Origin: Ophelia neglecta
Taxonomy: Eukaryota
Length of the DNA: 64,000 nucleotides
NCBI GenBank assembly: GCA_965285935.1
Contig: OZ260664.1
Span: forward strand, 80,414,001 to 80,478,000
Direction of reading: 5' to 3'
In this document: positions 38,091-52,842 of the stretch, in pieces
Layout of the letters: the number at the start of each line of letters is the position of its first letter
Numbering within the stretch: position 1 is the first letter of the stretch
Notes under the pieces: generated by a model
The model's input: the letters and a program-made list of their open reading frames with translations, nothing else
Databases searched by the model: none
What the model was told of the DNA's origin: nothing
Position numbers and translations under genes: made by a program

Positions 38091-39579
38091 CATTGTGAAA
38101 GCAAACATAGTATCTTTTCCTTGCAGGTTTATTATGTCATATACATTCTAGCAGGATGACAAAAACATATTTTCAAAACAAGAGACTCAATGTTCTCTTT
38201 ACTATGTTTTTGGAAAACCAGTGGTTGTACGGAGTTTACTAAATTATCACCCTGCCCATATAGAAGTTCTTTCCTTCCCCTATTGCCTTTCTATAAGCAG
38301 GTATAAAAAACAAGGTAGCAATGTTGAGAGTGTTCTTTGTGTTTTCTTCATATTCCATAAAAAAACATCCAGCAAGTCTGCTAGTCAGGTGCTGTTAATC
38401 ATTTTATACAGCCATACATGCATGCCATTATTCATCCTGTGGGTTATTGAAATCAGATGATGGACTTTTTAAAGTTCTAATTGTGGCAAGACCAACTAGA
38501 GTATAAAGCTTACTAGCCAAGTGAAAACCTTAAATACCCTAATTTTTGCAATAAAACTCTGAGGTCCTTACATGAATGGTGTTTCTGTTATGATGGTGCT
38601 TTCTGCACGCAAGTAAGGTTCCTCATTTTTGTGTCCCAATGATAGTACCGGTACGTTAATGGAAATAAGTCGCAAGTAAAAATCAACTCATTTTCCATTG
38701 CCACCATCTCCCTGCTAAGTCACTGCAGGTAGCTTTTTATGCAGTTTTTGGACAAGTATCAATGATTTATTCTCCCACTATTAATCTTGGTGCACTCACT
38801 TCCGTCCAGCTTCCAGCATGTGGGCCTAAAGGGCATCTATCTTCTTTCTCCCAGTTTACTCAATTTTCCATTGAGGCAGAAATAAAGACATTTGTATTAG
38901 TCCCACATTCAAGAAAAGGTGCTACCATGAATCCTATACCTAATAAAACATTATAGATTTTAAAAGAATGTTCTCCTTTCACAGTTTTTACTCTTTTACT
39001 TGGGTAAATTGATGGGAAAAAAACTGTTAAAGGAAGAATTTTCTTAGTGCAAATGAGGTAAATTGTAGCTTTATGTTTCTAACCCTGCACCTTTTAGCCC
39101 TAGGTGTTTGAGGTTGGAGTGGAGTGGTAAAGACAAGGTCGGTGGGTGGCAGATGGTTGGTGGCACCTTGTCACAACATACGTAACTTAGGAACTATGAA
39201 TAGCTGGCTTACCATGATTTCATGATATATGTACCATAAAAGCTGCTTGGGCACTGAGCCAATATGTTTGCACTGCACCTTTGGAAATGGATATGACATC
39301 TGTGTTTTTGACATCCATAATCTTGCCATGGATATTGCATTGAGTCAGTGCATCCTTACAATTTCTCCTGTCACACTGTGATTAATATGTGACTCAAGGT
39401 TAACATAGTGATAGAATTTGACCTAAATGTATTCTACAAACATAATTTTCCAAACCATCCATTTATACCTTCTAATTCTAACATGACCTCTTGTGATTTT
39501 ATGTTGCAAGCAAGCTGACATCTTCTCCTAATTGTTATTTTTTTCAATGTTGGCCTGGTATGAGCATGTCCAATTTGGT

Positions 39580-40350
39580 TACCCTGCCGAGTTTTAGCAG
39601 GATTTCTTTCAAAAAAAGTGGGGGGTCAATATCCTAGGCCAGCAGCTCCAGCCTCCAATGCCGCCACCAAATGTTTGGTCTATAGCTCTGCAACCGTTAG
39701 GCCTTTGTGACTATAGTCACTATAGTCACAAGTATGGTATATAGGCCTGGGAAATGTGTTTGAAATAGATGGCATTAGGCTAGTGGCTATTCTACTTCTT
39801 CGGGTTTATGGTGACAAAAGCTTGTTAACAAGATTGTGCAAAAAGTATCTGAGCTACAGGGCTTAAATTGACAGGGAGGAAGCTTGACAGACTATATAAA
39901 ATGAACTGGCAGAGATCTGAGTATAATTAGTTTCCATAGTAATGCCAGGTATAAAAGGTGGTTGGCAAAAATAATATCAACATTTTTTGCTTTTCTCGCC
40001 ATGTCATGCAATTTCCATTGTTTGGGCAAACAAAATATTTTGGGGGGTCTTGGGGTTGTCTGAGACTTTTTTTGGCCAAATTTTCAAAAGATTTATTTTT
40101 TACTTTGATTGTCATTTAATGCGATTTCCCTAACCTATCAGATATGGTTGGACCTAACATTACATGTACATAACTTTATATTAACTGGTATGCTGCTTAT
40201 TGATGTTCAGAAAGTGTGATACAGTAGTTCTTGTTATTTTGCTCACAAATTTGAAAGCTTAAAATTTTAGTGTTGACAAGATGGCACAATATCAAATATT
40301 GATTGATGTCTTGCACAGGGGACTACATGTATTTTAGGGCCTCTGATTTT
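39580..40350 (+). mobile_element. Interspersed repeat, probably Helentron-associated
   Basis: The internal segment 39818-39908 (aagcttgttaacaagattgtgcaaaaagtatctgagctac...aattgacaggga) is homologous to 48598-48686. Confidence 0.5.
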
Positions 40351-41507
40351 TATGTTCAATGTTCTTGACATGCCAGATATAATTGAGATACAAGGCAGGT
40401 ATTTGGAGAAAACTTGATGTAAGTTAACATTATATAAAATGTCCCTAGACGCCTTTGACTCTACATTACTTAACAGACATAATATAATTTATTTGATCTC
40501 GCGACTATGTTTGCAGCAATTTCAAAAGCCTTCACAGTTATTTGATTCCTTTTTTTCTATTAATGTTCCTGTTTCATTATTTTCAAATTTCTGATGATTA
40601 GTTTTCCTATAAGCACAGATTTGACATAGCAGCTATGAAAAAGTCTGATATTTGGTGTGAAATATGGCCTGTAAAAAAATTGTGATAGATCAGTTGCAAA
40701 AGTCTGTTTTTAACATTTTCCACCTGCACAGCTACCTCTTTGACTGGGGACATCCAAATGTGGCACAATGTGTTATTATCCTGCCTTGTTTCCTTGAGTG
40801 ATTACTCAACCTCACTTGTCTCTGGAAAGTCAATGCAAGATGATGAAAGACAACTGAGTATTGAGCTTTCCTATTTAAGTGATTGGCTTTAAGAGTAATA
40901 AACTTTCATACCAATTTGGTTAGGATGATCATTTATCAGATCTAAAATGACAACTGGCTAAATATGGTAATCTATGAATAACACTTTAATACAAGTGAAA
41001 ATATTCTTATTGTAGCTTGGTGCTCTTATTGATTAGCATAGTTATGTCCAATGAAAACATGGTTAATAATGGGAGTATTGACGTTTAATAATGTAGGTAT
41101 GAGACTAAAATTCCTTTGTACAAATCAGAAATTTCTTGTATGATATGCATCAAGCAATGTTAACTACACTGAGACCTGTGAGCCCCTGCACTGTGGGACC
41201 TACTGTGGTCCCATACAACAATCTGTGAGCCTCTGCTCTTGCAGTTTAATTTTGACCTAGGACAAAGAAGACAGTTTTCCAAATCTTACTTCAGTCTTTT
41301 GTTGGCAAGGATGCCTGAGTGTGCAGCCCTTTTGGGTGTTCATCTAAAAGCTCTAAAACAGGTTTTAATTAGCCAAGTAAAAGTCTTAATTAACAGGTTA
41401 TGCTACTGAAAATGAAACATTAAGCAACAAAGGTTTTTGGTGACCATCATGGGAATACATTTAACAACTCAATGATTTTTAACCTGCACCATGAATTATT
41501 TTGCATA

Positions 41508-41679
41508 CAGTGGCACCTGCCCTAAAGATCCACTCTAGATTAAGACCACCTTTTAATCCATACCAATGAGGCCACAGTGTACACTATCAATGTAAAACAA
41601 ACTGTCTAAACAGATCTCTCCCATAATCAGACCAGCATTTACCAGTCCCTTGGGTTGTCTCAATTGACAGGTTTCACTG
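41508..41679. mobile_element. Tc1/mariner-type MITE, same family as 4016-4192
   Basis: TA|cagtggcacctgccctaaag ... ccagtcccttgg..tgtc.caattg.caggtttcactg. The 3' end aligns with 4150-4192. Confidence 0.8.
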
Positions 41680-44600
41680 TGAAAAGAAATATTATTGTGC
41701 TTATGCTTAATTATTATTCAGTGTAGCTCTAATGAATATATATTTTTATAAGGTACAAAAATAAATCAGTTAATATTGTTAATGATTGATTAAAAACATT
41801 TTGTTTCTATAAGTCTGTACTCCATTATCATTTTTTCATTTTAATTAAACTGATACTTTTGTAGGAACCAGCCATCTTGTTCAAAGTACAGATGTACATC
41901 CGATATTTTGCCGAAATGGGGGCAGATATATGTACTTGTAAGTGGTACATTTTTCAAATGTAACACATATCAGTATTATTCAGGTACCATGGTGTGATGT
42001 ATCCATTGCCTTACCTGTGATGCTAAAGAGCTATCTTTGCATTTTAAATCTTACTGTTATTGTGCTTATCATGTTTATCCATGTATGAATGTTCTCCTGG
42101 GATTGTTTTTGAAGACAAATGATGCCCTCAAATTTGTTTATTTATCTCCCTGCTACTTCAGAGATGCAGAGTAACTCACTGATTGTTCCCTTGGCCAACC
42201 ATTGCTCCAATTTCACAAATATCTATGAAAGATTGCTTTTCAATCTCACAAGCAGCTTTTATGTGTAATGTGTAATAGCAATCAGCTCCCACACTACTGA
42301 TGGCTGGTGGAATATCAATACATCAAATTAATATATCTGTCCAATACTCAAGCGGGCAAGTGACTGAGTGGTTGATTTCTTAATAACTATGTCAAAACTT
42401 GCACTCCTGCAGTTTGCCGACTGGATGTGTATAAGGCTCCCGATGGACAAACACTTGTTCAAAGTCTCAGCTTAGGAGGCATCAATGGATCTTGAGGCCA
42501 ATCGTTTTTGCTGATCCCCTCACAGCTTCACAGATGGATGGTTCCTGGGGGCATTGAGCAAAAGACCATTAACTCTATCTGGAACTCTCTTAGAACTATG
42601 TTTACAGCCTGAGAGTTAAACAAGGCATTTGGTAATGCATGCCCACCACCTATTATAAGGGCCAGTAGACAGGTATGTCAGAAGGGTCACATTTGAAGAA
42701 GTCCAACAACTAAATTAAACCCGAGAACTTGATAGAAATCACATTATGTGGTTTCCCATAGACTCCCAAAGTAGTTAATAGCCCTAGCAACCAAATAAAT
42801 ATCAAGATTTTTATGATTTGAATATGATAATGGGTACTAAGGTAAATTTTGAGAACTTAATATTATGCACCAAACGTAACTCACTTTAGGTTCACAATAT
42901 CCAAGCTAGTTCTAAGCTCTTACTGTTGAAATAAAGGCAGGAATCAAGTTTTAAGTGATTTGACATTAAAAATCCACACCAAGGTCAAAGTTGAACTCAA
43001 TATCATTAGCAAAATATTGATCACTATATGTTCTCAGTATAGTTCTAGCCGAAGACAGAAAATAATTGTATGTATTAGGGGTCTGACCTTGATAATGCAC
43101 ATCAAGGTCAACTGTGAAAACTTGTCCTGAGGCATAAAATGTGGTTTCCTATAGGCTGCGTCTTTTTTTTTGTAGTCTGGATATTAGTATTCACATTCAC
43201 ATGTCTGTGATCTGATATTGTCTCAACTTTGTTATTGATTTGCATAGATTTATATCCCCCCAACCACAGGCGGTCTTTATAACAAGCTTTTGGTACTAAG
43301 ATCATATTTTATTATTAACTGTCAACTTTTATTCATGTTTTAAATTAATGTTGAAAATTGATTCAGCTGAATCTTATAAATACTAATATACTTGTAAAAC
43401 TGGCCTGGAGTTTTAACGTCATGTGTTTAATTTGCCTACAACTGGCCTTGATGCAAATAAAGACTGTTAGGTATTTGTTATATTATTAACACCAGTATGT
43501 CGTGCATATTTTAACAAGTTGCATAAATTTTTTGCATTTTTTTCTGTTGTCATTGCAATAGATATCAATGTTTATTTTGATATATGTTTACTATTTTTTG
43601 TTGTGTCAGGTTTATCAGGCTAGTTGTCAGATTAATGATCAATAACATGTAAGCTCAGGTCACCATCAGATCACACCTGAACAAATTAATTAATTAAAAG
43701 GTTTGATCTGCCATCTGGCTATTGATATGCCATACATTAACACAGATTGAAACAGATTAGGTTACTACTTGACCCATTTGTCACAGTGACATGACTTGTA
43801 GGTATACAGTACATGTACATGTATATCACAATAGGAAACTGACACTATAGATATCACGCAATATATTCACATAATATAAAAAATATTGAGAGCCATCTTG
43901 AGAGAAGTTTATATAACTGCATTTATAGAAGTCAATTGTGTTCCGAGATAGGCTCTGATTCTAATAAAGTGAATGCATTAATGCACTGCAACAGGTTTAC
44001 AATGAGCAGCATGTAACAAGACTCCAGCAGGGGAGGAGAGGATTAACATGCTAATAGAGAACTAAAGTATCACAAAATGGTTATAATAACTGGACCATCT
44101 TTGTAATAATAATAACTCACCAATGAAGTGGGCCTCACAGACATCTAGCAAACCTCATATACTCATAACTAAAGGGCAAGTCGACGGAGAGCCATTCCAG
44201 GTCCCTGTATTGTCAATAAACCCTGTGACCCATCTAGCATTGACTGCAAAATGGACCGCAGGATGAAATACTTCCTTGAACTACGCTGCATTGTCATTAC
44301 CTGCAATTTAGTATGGTAGGTGGCTATGTTGGGGAGATAAAAAAAAATTGCCTGCTCCCTCTACCCACCTGGCTCAGCCCTTAGGGTTCAGATAAGTGGA
44401 AGGTGTTTTGGCCATCCCTGTTCATGGATGTAACATATCCCAGGTTTGGAAATCAATGCCTAAATGATCTAGGTTGAGTCAGACTAAAAGCACAATCCTT
44501 GATCGTCTTAGGCTACATGTTGTACCCTTCTCACCTCAAATTTGAGGACCCTGCACAGTTTTCCCAATATTCTCTAATCATTATTACCTGGTAGGTCCAA

Positions 44601-44902
44601 TTAGGTTACTACATGACCATTAAGAAACATTTTAATTCTGATCCCCTCTCCCACCCCTGGCCCCTTACTCTGAAGGTCAGATCAAGATTAGAAGTGGGGT
44701 GCAACCACCTGGTAATAAGCCTTTTTAGTTGATATCTCCAAAGGTCCAGGAAATTGATTACATCATAAGCAGATTTGGATGCATGCACGGTAGGAATGAC
44801 ATGAAACAAAAGTATGCACTGCAGCAGGCTAAGCACAACCTGTTTACACAGATTTGTTAAAGAAAGTTGAGCGTAGAGTCAAGGTACAATTTAAGAAATC
44901 TA

Positions 44903-45760
44903 AGACCCGAGCATTGCCGTTTGTTTTAATCTTTATGCCCTGAGACCCGAGCATTGCCATTTGTTTTAATCTTTATGCCCTGAGACCCGAGCATTGCCGT
45001 TTGTTTTAATCTTTATGCCCTGAGACCCGAGCATTGCCATTTGTTTTAATCTTTATGCCCTGAGACCCGAGCATTGCCGTTTGTGTTTATTTTTATGCCC
45101 TGAGACCCGAGCATTGCTGTTTGTGTTTATTTTTATGCCCTGAGACCCGAGCATTGCTGTTGGTGTTTGCCTTTAAGCCACGAGACCTGAGCATTGCCGT
45201 TTGTGTTAACCTTTATGTCCTGGTACCCGAGCATTGCCGTTTGTGTTAACCTTTATGTCCTGGTACCCGAGCATTGCCGTTTGTGTTGACCTTTATGCCC
45301 TGGTACCTGAGCATTGCCGTTTGTGTTGACCTTTATGCCCTGGTACCTGAACATTGCCGTTTGTGTTGACCTTTATGCCCTGGTACCTGAGCATTGCCGT
45401 TTGTGTTGACCTTAATGTCCTGGTACCTGAGCATTGCCGTTTGTGTTGACCTTTATGTCCTGGTACCTGAGCATTGCCGTTTGTGTTGACCTTTATGCCC
45501 TGGTACCTGAGCATTGCCGTTTGTGTTGACCTTTATGCCCTGGTACCTGAGCATTGCCGTTTGTGTTGACCTTTATGCCCTGGTACCCGAGCATTGCCGT
45601 TTGTGTTGACCTTTATGCCCTGGTACCTGAACATTGCCGTTTGTGTTGACCTTTATGCCCTGGTACCTGAGCATTGCCGTTTGTGTTGACCTTTATGTCC
45701 TGGTACCCGAGCATTGCCGTTTGTGTTGACCTTTATGTCCTGAGACCTGAGCAATGCCAT
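44903..45760. repeat. 40-bp minisatellite, ~21 copies
   Basis: Unit tggtacctgagcattgccgtttgtgttgacctttatgccc, with a positional gradient of variants. Confidence 0.97.
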
Positions 45761-48539
45761 TTTCTGCCTTTTGTGAGCATCAGAGACAAGTTAATTATGA
45801 TTAGAATTGATTTTGTTGTCATTAGCTTTTATGGACAATGAGCCTGAAGGTGAAAGTTTCAGCCTTGAGTTGAGTGCTATGACTTAGAAAATGATTAGCA
45901 TTTATATATTTTGTAAACCTATCCCCTTTTAAAAATGCTATTGTATATCCACAAATTAAAAGCTTATTTTTTTAACACCAGGTTTCAATAAAGTTCCCTG
46001 AAGGCAACATTTCACTTTAGTGAGTTAATTTGTTTGAATAAAATACAATATTAATTAGTTCAGATGTCAAAAGTGAGGTATTTACACTTGAACAATTTTC
46101 ATCTTGTTCGTGTGATACCAGTGCTTGAAGGTAAAAGCTTAAAACAGTTCAAATATTGATGCCTGCCCTCTGGTAGGATGCTGCTTATGGATTTACAAAT
46201 GTGGATTGGCTTGTGATGTGAATGGGAACTGGCACTCTGTCTGCCTACACCTTAGTTATCCGGCTTATCAAGTCTAAAGGTTAAACTTCTTATAATGACT
46301 TCAGTACAAGTAAGTTTAAGCTCATTTTCGTTTGAAGCTTATTTTTTCTCACATTTCAAATGTCATTGATAAAATGAGTTTAAGTTAATGGTGCACTTAG
46401 TACTTTTATGACGCACATTCTTTTTCTTCTTGTTCAAATTACGTGGAAAAAGACCCACCTATTTATACTGGATGATAATAGCTTTTGTCTTTATAAATTT
46501 ATTCATTCTAGCTTTTTCCAGATTATTTCTTAGGAAAATTGCTTTCAGTAAATTATTGCATGCAGAGACGCATCTTGATTGGGAATTACAAAAATAATAG
46601 TCATGAGCATTGATTAGGTATTTTACCAAAAGGACCAAAAGGATTGCACGAATATATAAAGAGAGGTGCGGTGTGTAATGATACCATGTGGTTTGATTAC
46701 ATATTGGCTTACATGGGAACATGAATTGTATTGAAATATAATAGGTAGGTATTCCAGATTGCCATTCTATAACACTCAAATGACTTTGATGTAATGTTTT
46801 TGCTTAGAAACTTACCATGGCACGACATGCACATAGGATTTAATGTATGGAAGTAAGCTTTCCAATCTGTTTCCCTATCATCTCCTTCTTTATACTGCAA
46901 GGAATATCATCAACACCTGTGTGTTAAACTGATGTAGGTTAATATTTGTGACAAAGCTTTGGTCTATTGAATGATAGCCAATATGTGCACTGATTCCAAG
47001 GCATTCATAATATCTGTAGCCACAGAGACTGGACTAAACACACAGACAGCACAACTCAGTTCCAGACAATGGGAAATGTCCTAGCTATGAGGTCCTGGGT
47101 GCCAAATCCACGCTGCTGTTAGATACCATATAATCGAGATGATTTACACATTCAGACAAGTCTGATCAATGACATGATATGGTGGCTGTGTAAATAAAGT
47201 CATATTGGACTACAATTTCCCAACAAAGTGCTGCTTTTTGACAGATGGCCAGTTATTTTCAACCATTGCTGAGATAAGAAAATTGTAAAATAACTCTTAA
47301 ACCCTTAATCCCACTTTTAACTTTAAAAACTTTAACTTTTTCCTTTACTGCTAGAAAAACGATAAAGCATGTTTCCTAGCAACCTCCTAAGTTAGTATTT
47401 TGATATTTTGTTGCCATGGCAATGGATATAAAAATGACTGATATCATAGGCAGCCCAACTTCTTTTATATGGCAGGACATTTCACAGCATTTTTGAAGAG
47501 CCTAGAAAAGTGGTTGCTGCTAGTTTAGTGGCATTTTCAGATTTGAGTTTACCCCACATGTTCAAGGTAAAATTACCAACTTTGATTTCAGGTTTATTTA
47601 TAAAACATGTAGCAGCCAGAGCCTAGAACTACATTGGGAGCATAGAGGAATCCACATTTAGCACATCTTAACATGTACTCCTATTTGAGAGTTAAATGAG
47701 CCACATGCTCTTGTATTAAGACTAGCCTTCCATATTGCTGGCACTACGTGCTTTGATGAGTTTGACGGTTCACTTTTTGAGGCTAATTTGGCTGCAAATA
47801 ATGATATACATGTATACATAAGCCACTCCACAAGATTGATTCTTTGGGCAGCATGGAGAGGCAGAGTGCCATCCAAGAACAAACTGACTGGTGATGTTAT
47901 GGTGTCCATGGTGATAGTGTTGGTAGAGCCAGTAGCCATGTCCAGACCTTTGACATCCCATAATACCTAAAACGCATTCACAAAAGTTCATACTGTTGTA
48001 TGGGCAAAGTACACAGTAATATCCACAGTCTGCTTGCCTTCTTGTTAAATGAATAATTCTCTATCTAGTGTGCCATGTATAACTTTAATTTGTTTTTGGA
48101 CTCACTGTCTTTTACACAGCCCTTCATGGGCTCTGCCCCCTTTCACCTTTGGTTTCTTATGTGATAATCATTAAAAAAATCAGTAGCATTCACTCTTTGG
48201 CCAATCCCATCAAGAGCCTCACATACTACAGCTTGCTTAAATCCTTAAGGGCAACTTATGATAAGTTGCTGGTAGTTTGCATTAAATGAGTTAAACAACC
48301 CTGGCTGATATTGTACTGTACCCTTTCTGCTTAACCCGGAGGCCTAAACCAAGGCTACCCCAACTAGATTTTGCTTGCCACCCTTGTTTTTTAAAATAAG
48401 TGAAAGGATATGTAGTGGGTCATGTTCTTTGCCGGAGTCAGTGCCCTGCACCAGTGCCACCTTTTGTTTTGGCTAAGGTACAGCAACCATTTGGCCACTG
48501 TAAATTTATCCTACAGTTATGGATTATGTACACATGGGA

Positions 48540-48700
48540 AATTAATTTGAGATAGGTGGCGACACTCTAGTTCATATTCTACTTCCTCTACAGACCAAAG
48601 CTCTTTAACAAGTTTGTGCAAAAATTATCTGAGCTAAATGATTTTAATTGACAGGGAAGAAGTGTTATAGGCTTAATATGAACTGATTAACTTGGGGGAG
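48540..48700 (+). mobile_element. Second copy of the interspersed repeat at 39580-40350 (core segment)
   Basis: aagctctttaacaagtttgtgcaaaaattatctgagct...aattgacaggga aligns with 39818-39908. Confidence 0.55.
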
Positions 48701-49479
48701 AAATCTGAAAAAACTATGTGCCTTTATAATACCAAATAAGAAATTAAATCACCAAAATTTGTCAAACTTTTTTCGGGGGTGTTCTTGTCTCATTACAAGC
48801 TGTATTTCCAATATTTTAAGCAAATAATTTTTTTTGAGGGGGGGGGGGCAGGGAGGGGGGCTGGGATTAATGTTTTCTTGCTTTTTCCTGCCATTTGAAG
48901 GATTTTTCAGTGTTTGAGCAAATACTTTTTTGGTGTGTGTGTGGGGGGGGGGGGGGGGGGGGCGTGGGATTTACTGGCAAAATTAGCAGAATTTAGGCAT
49001 TCTAGGCATTTCATGCAATTTCCAGGTTGCATTCAAGTGTATGCCAAGTCAGAGCTATTGATGTGGACAAGGCAAGCCCCTGTGTGCTTAGCAAATCAAA
49101 GTTTTGAAGATAAGTTCCTTCTAACACATGGGGTCTGGTAACAAGAGCTTGTAGGCACTTCATATATTAACATCCACTAGCTGTAGTGAAAGGAACAGCT
49201 GAGGTATTCGATAGTATGTGCTAAAAAAGTGTATTTTCATCTTTTTATTGTTAGATGTTCTACATTCAGTATTCTGTTCTGATCCCCCATTCCATATTCG
49301 ATTCCACCTTACGCTTTGAGCCTTTTATCATGACCAGACGGCATCTCAGTTTTACTCAATCTGAATGACCAAAAGCTTAGGAGTTTTTGCTTTACATGTA
49401 TATAAAACTGGTCTTACTAAGCCTGCAGTCAGTGGTGTAGTGAATAGACAGTCTTTGTCTAAGCCATACAGTTTGATTC

Positions 49480-50330
49480 AATGGTGGCCATAATTGAAGT
49501 TAGTTTTATGTCTCATATGCATGGGAATGTTTTCAAAGGAACTCCGGTAGCCCTTAACAACTCCCACACATCTTATGCAACAAAAGTACATTAATACCGG
49601 AGCAGGGCACAAGTAATGCCAGCTTTTCATATTATTTAAACTTGGTTCAGTAGTGGTAAATCAGGTGGAGACTTTACAATCAAGGGAATCTCAACTCATT
49701 TGATCTGATCAGGAAATGTTTAGCTTAGGCTGATGTGTCTTTTGTGCTCTGATGTATTATTCCAATTGGTATTCATCCCAAATGGTTGTCAGCTGGAATG
49801 GATTGACTGTTATTTTGTAGTAAAAGGCGGTCCATGAGGTTCAATCTTTCATCAATCTAGCATTGCAAATTTCAATGATTGCTTGATTTTATCTCAAAGG
49901 AACCTGTTTATCTTAAAAAGTCTCAGTCAAGTGGCCTGCCTTCATTGTCCTGAGCTTGTTGTCTGCATCTCATGTCCAGTCTTCAGTCTAGAATGATGCT
50001 CGTCAAGGTATATTTGATCTGGCTCAGGCTATTAATTTGCAATATAATGGGTTGTATGTTTGTAACCAAACAGGAACATATTGAGAGTCAGTTGACAAGT
50101 TTCCTTGGTTCTAGTTTTGATTGCATTCAACACATCATCAGCATATGGTGTGTCAACGTGTGTTTTTTTTCTACTAGTTCATTGGAGTGCACTTTTAAAT
50201 TTTCAGACTTCTGCGAATTTATGGCCAATCATCTGTTTGTTTGTCTTTCTTGATAGATTCTCTATAGACAACTCAGTGATTCCTTCATATTTAACAATAT
50301 GTATATACTGTACATAATGACACAACTGCT
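49480..50330 (-). pseudogene. Possible heavily decayed LINE ORF2 remnant
   Basis: Minus-strand fragments in the expected order (DDVLNAIK, then QPI...TLTSIILD*RL, then PVLMY) loosely match EEV..AIK, YRPI..KLFTSIL..RL and PILxYG of non-LTR reverse transcriptases. Many stops and frameshifts. Confidence 0.3.
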
Positions 50331-50616
50331 TTTTTTTATTATGTTTTATAATTACAGGTATATGGACAAATGTTGATGCTCCTTTAATAATAAATGAATC
50401 ATATCCCCCTTTTCACCTGTTAATTGAAGACATTTTGCCATTCTGGGTCTCTTTTTCCCTTTCAGTATCACTGCTGAAAAGCAAATTAAAAGCTGTCACT
50501 GAATTTATTGACACCTGTCGCTGAATTTATACCAACATTAACCGTAGTGGTTGAAGAAAATCAGAAGGTTGATTTATTTATTACTTTTATCTTAAAACAG
50601 AAAAGGGGCACATGTG

Positions 50617-51363
50617 TCACATGAAGAAAAGCAAATAAAAAAAATGCAGCAATCAGAAATCAATTTGCAGGGGATGCCACTTTCTATGATAGAGGGATGC
50701 CTTTCAATCCTTTAAAAGCTAGACTTTCTCTTTTTTCCCAAGGAAATGAGTCCATTGGTAGTAAATTTGGGGCCAAGTGTAGATTGTCGGTATTTTTATA
50801 TTGGGTGCTGCAGTAGTCCCAACCCTTAGTAACAGAACTATCTACTCGTTCACTGGCATGGCCTGTAGGCTCGTTAAAGCTTTATATACAGGCTATGAGC
50901 TGGCGGTCCACTGACATCTGTTCATGTGACATTCTTTGGATCAAACAATTCAACAATGATGTTCTGCTTTGCTATAGATTCTAGTTCAACAACTAAAAAA
51001 TATGTAAAAAGAAGGATACAAATGTACATACACATGTAGTTAGAAAAAATCAAACCCTATTCTTTGGATTTTAACCTTGGAACCTGCTGATCATCTGGCT
51101 CACATGCAGTCAAGAGATGATGAAGACCGGCCATATTGATTTCTGATTTCTGTCATCAAAGCATACTTTTTTATATTCTGTGATGGAGTTTTGTTGTATG
51201 GAGAAATGATAAATGATTAATAGACATACAGGCAATACCTTGATGTGCTGCTGTTTAATAGGTGAGCCCCCTTCTGTGCCCTCAGAGGAAGGGATGTCAC
51301 CTGCATATTGATTTCTGATTTCTGCCTCCATACATTTTGTTGTTGTTGCTATTCTTCATGTGA
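50617..51363. mobile_element. Foldback/MITE-like element with ~75-bp imperfect terminal inverted repeats
   Basis: Left arm tcacatgaagaaaagcaa...aatcagaaatcaatttgcagg; reverse complement of the right arm tcacatgaagaatagcaa...aatcagaaatcaatatgcagg. A third copy of the core is at ~51131-51151. Confidence 0.65.
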
Positions 51364-52842
51364 TCTTAAGAACTATGGTTGAGGCCTTTATTCCCTCCTG
51401 CCACTGCAGGTACATCAGGAACATAATCCAGACACTTTACTCCCCATGTATTCACTTAATCTGCCTATTTCCAGTGTTCATCATATGGCAAAATTCAAAG
51501 CTTTAGAATTCAGAAACATTGAGGGTGTCTCATAAATGTGAACAGATATCATGAAATAGGCATTGAGAGGATGATGGTTGATGACTTGTCATCAATAATG
51601 GAAGAATCTATAGCTGCTTTGATATGGCAATGTGGTGTCTTTTGAATTTGATTGTTATGAATATGAAAAACCATAGCTTGCTTCAAGTTGATTGCATTTA
51701 ATACTTGTCTGCACCAAAGGGAGTGTGCTCTTTGCCTGTTTTTCCAAACAGTAACATGAGAAAACAATAGCCTACAGAATAGTTTATCAGATAATGTCTG
51801 CTGTAGCTCAACAGCCTTATCATCTCTATTTTTATATAAATCTATTTTTCAAACATTCTCTGTAGAAAGATATGGATAAAATTAAAAAAAAGTTCTGTAT
51901 CAGTCTTATTATATTTATTTATCAGCTTATAGCATTTTGAGGAGTCTGATCAGGCTATGCCTGCCGTTGTCAATTCCAGATGACTTGGAGATGATTTAAT
52001 GGTCGTATTCTTGATCTGCTTATATCTGGCACGTATCCGTCCATTCTTTTTATGAAGACAAGACTGCCTGACAAAACTTTCCACCCACCCTTTACTGAAC
52101 AGAAGGAAAATTTGACTGTACATTTTAATTGGACTTCTGGAATTGTGGTAACATTTGCATCAACCGAATCTTGTCCATTACCATTGATACGTTTACAATA
52201 GGCTTCATAACAGAGTATGTTGTCACTGGTAAAGAAAACGTTCCAATTTTGGTCACAGCACAGATTTGCAGGAAAACACTGGTTTATTGCAAACATTAGC
52301 TTGGCTATAGGTTTGGTGGATCCATATATTCTCTATAAAATGTGAATACTCAATGTCATTTCCATTTAATCTAATTAAACTCTTTGTAGTCAGAGCACGA
52401 GATAAGCTATCTCATGTGTGCATGGCAGAGACGGTCTGATTATTGATATATTCTGCTTGATTGTTGTGAAATCGTAACTACATATTTTGAGATGTCCATG
52501 AAATTAAGCATCTCTTCCTCTGCCTCCCTTGTCAGGCAGTATAGCTGTATGCACCATAGTATAGAATAAAATGGATATGTTTTAAACAGAAAGGCCCCAG
52601 TGTACATCTCATTGGACTCTTGTTTTTTTGACTATCAAATAGAGTTTAGTTTAGTGTTTGGGATGTAGCAATGTTTGGTAGACTCAGCAGCTCCTAGTCT
52701 AAGTGCTGTGAATGACAATGAAATTCAACCAAATTGTAATCATGTGACTGGTGAAAGCATAAACCATGGAAGAATGGGAGTAAGTCAGGCAGTTGGTGGT
52801 TCCTTATGATTTCAGACCAATTGAATGGACTGTATTCTTAAT

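Noticed and set aside
51110-51331. 73-aa ORF MEAEIRNQY...
   Set aside because: Lies in the arm of the foldback element and has no protein features.
51970-52296. 108-aa ORF and the other short ORFs in the track
   Set aside because: No recognisable domains, codon bias or consistent splice structure; lengths are within chance expectation.
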